A stretch of DNA of 64,000 bases from Sminthopsis crassicaudata (Eukaryota): assembly GCF_048593235.1 (NCBI RefSeq), contig NC_133622.1, positions 242,513,198-242,577,197 on the forward strand, in the 5' to 3' direction. A program made the translations under genes and the position numbers. Positions 63,481 to 64,000 of the stretch are shown piece after piece (within the stretch, counting starts at the first letter, position 1; every line of letters starts with the position of its first letter). The notes below the pieces were generated by a model. That model had not been told where the DNA came from, searched no databases, and saw only the letters and a program-made list of their open reading frames with translations.

Positions 63481-64000
63481 ATCTCTGAGCTTACTCTTAC
63501 ATTTCAGAAACAAATAATTTGAGCCTATTCATGAAATTATACTTACTGCTGTTAAAGTTCTAATTCTTCCAAGAATTTTTGTACTGATTTTGATGTCTAA
63601 TCCTTCTAATTATATATCAATAAATTATACATTTCATTTCATCTTTTAGTTAAGCCCCAAATAAAAATGCTAAACAGCAGAGAACCAAGAACGTGTAGAC
63701 TTCTTTCAAAATTTACTTACTATCCTTCTCTTCCTGAGAAATGAGACCTCTTTTCCAAGCTCTCACTGACCTATACTTATAGTTACTTTGTGTAAGAAGA
63801 TGAGCCTGTTGGTTCTTGAAACAAGAATGTATTACTGATTCGAGACTATTCTCTTATGGGAAGATCCAAAAGATTCTCTCCTTTATCCTTTGAATATCTT
63901 TTTCCCCCTAAAGTTTTCCACTTTTTTTTCACTCTCTAATATGCAAATATTCTAATTCCTTGTAATGGAATGAGAAGAAATTGATAACCCTTTTGTAACA

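Overview
AT-rich marsupial genomic DNA from a gapped assembly (five N-runs). The repeat content (WSINE1-type and MAR1-type SINEs, marsupial L1 tails) points to a dasyurid-like species; this is an inference. The window is a class II olfactory receptor cluster of the OR5M type with every gene on the minus strand. It holds five intact ORs (OR5M-family 6099-7037, OR5M8-like, OR5M5/Olfr1030-like and two OR5M11-like paralogs), three decayed OR pseudogenes and two small OR fragments. The left 2.2 kb is the 5' end of a young-looking betaretrovirus-like provirus on the minus strand. It has a 451-bp 5' LTR, a tRNA-Lys primer-binding site, a structured leader, and a gag frame open for 533 codons to the window edge (missed by the ORF track because it has no stop). 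The provirus sits in the PMLNP motif of an already dead OR5G-like gene. Other notable structure: three ~170-180 bp local copy-paste insertions of different ages, each inside a repeat; a ~10 kb duplication carrying the OR5M11 genes; and a promoter-like block shared upstream of OR5M5 and OR5M11b. All alignments and counts were done by eye, and ortholog names come from recalled protein sequences, not database searches. No prokaryotic-type system (CRISPR etc.) is present.
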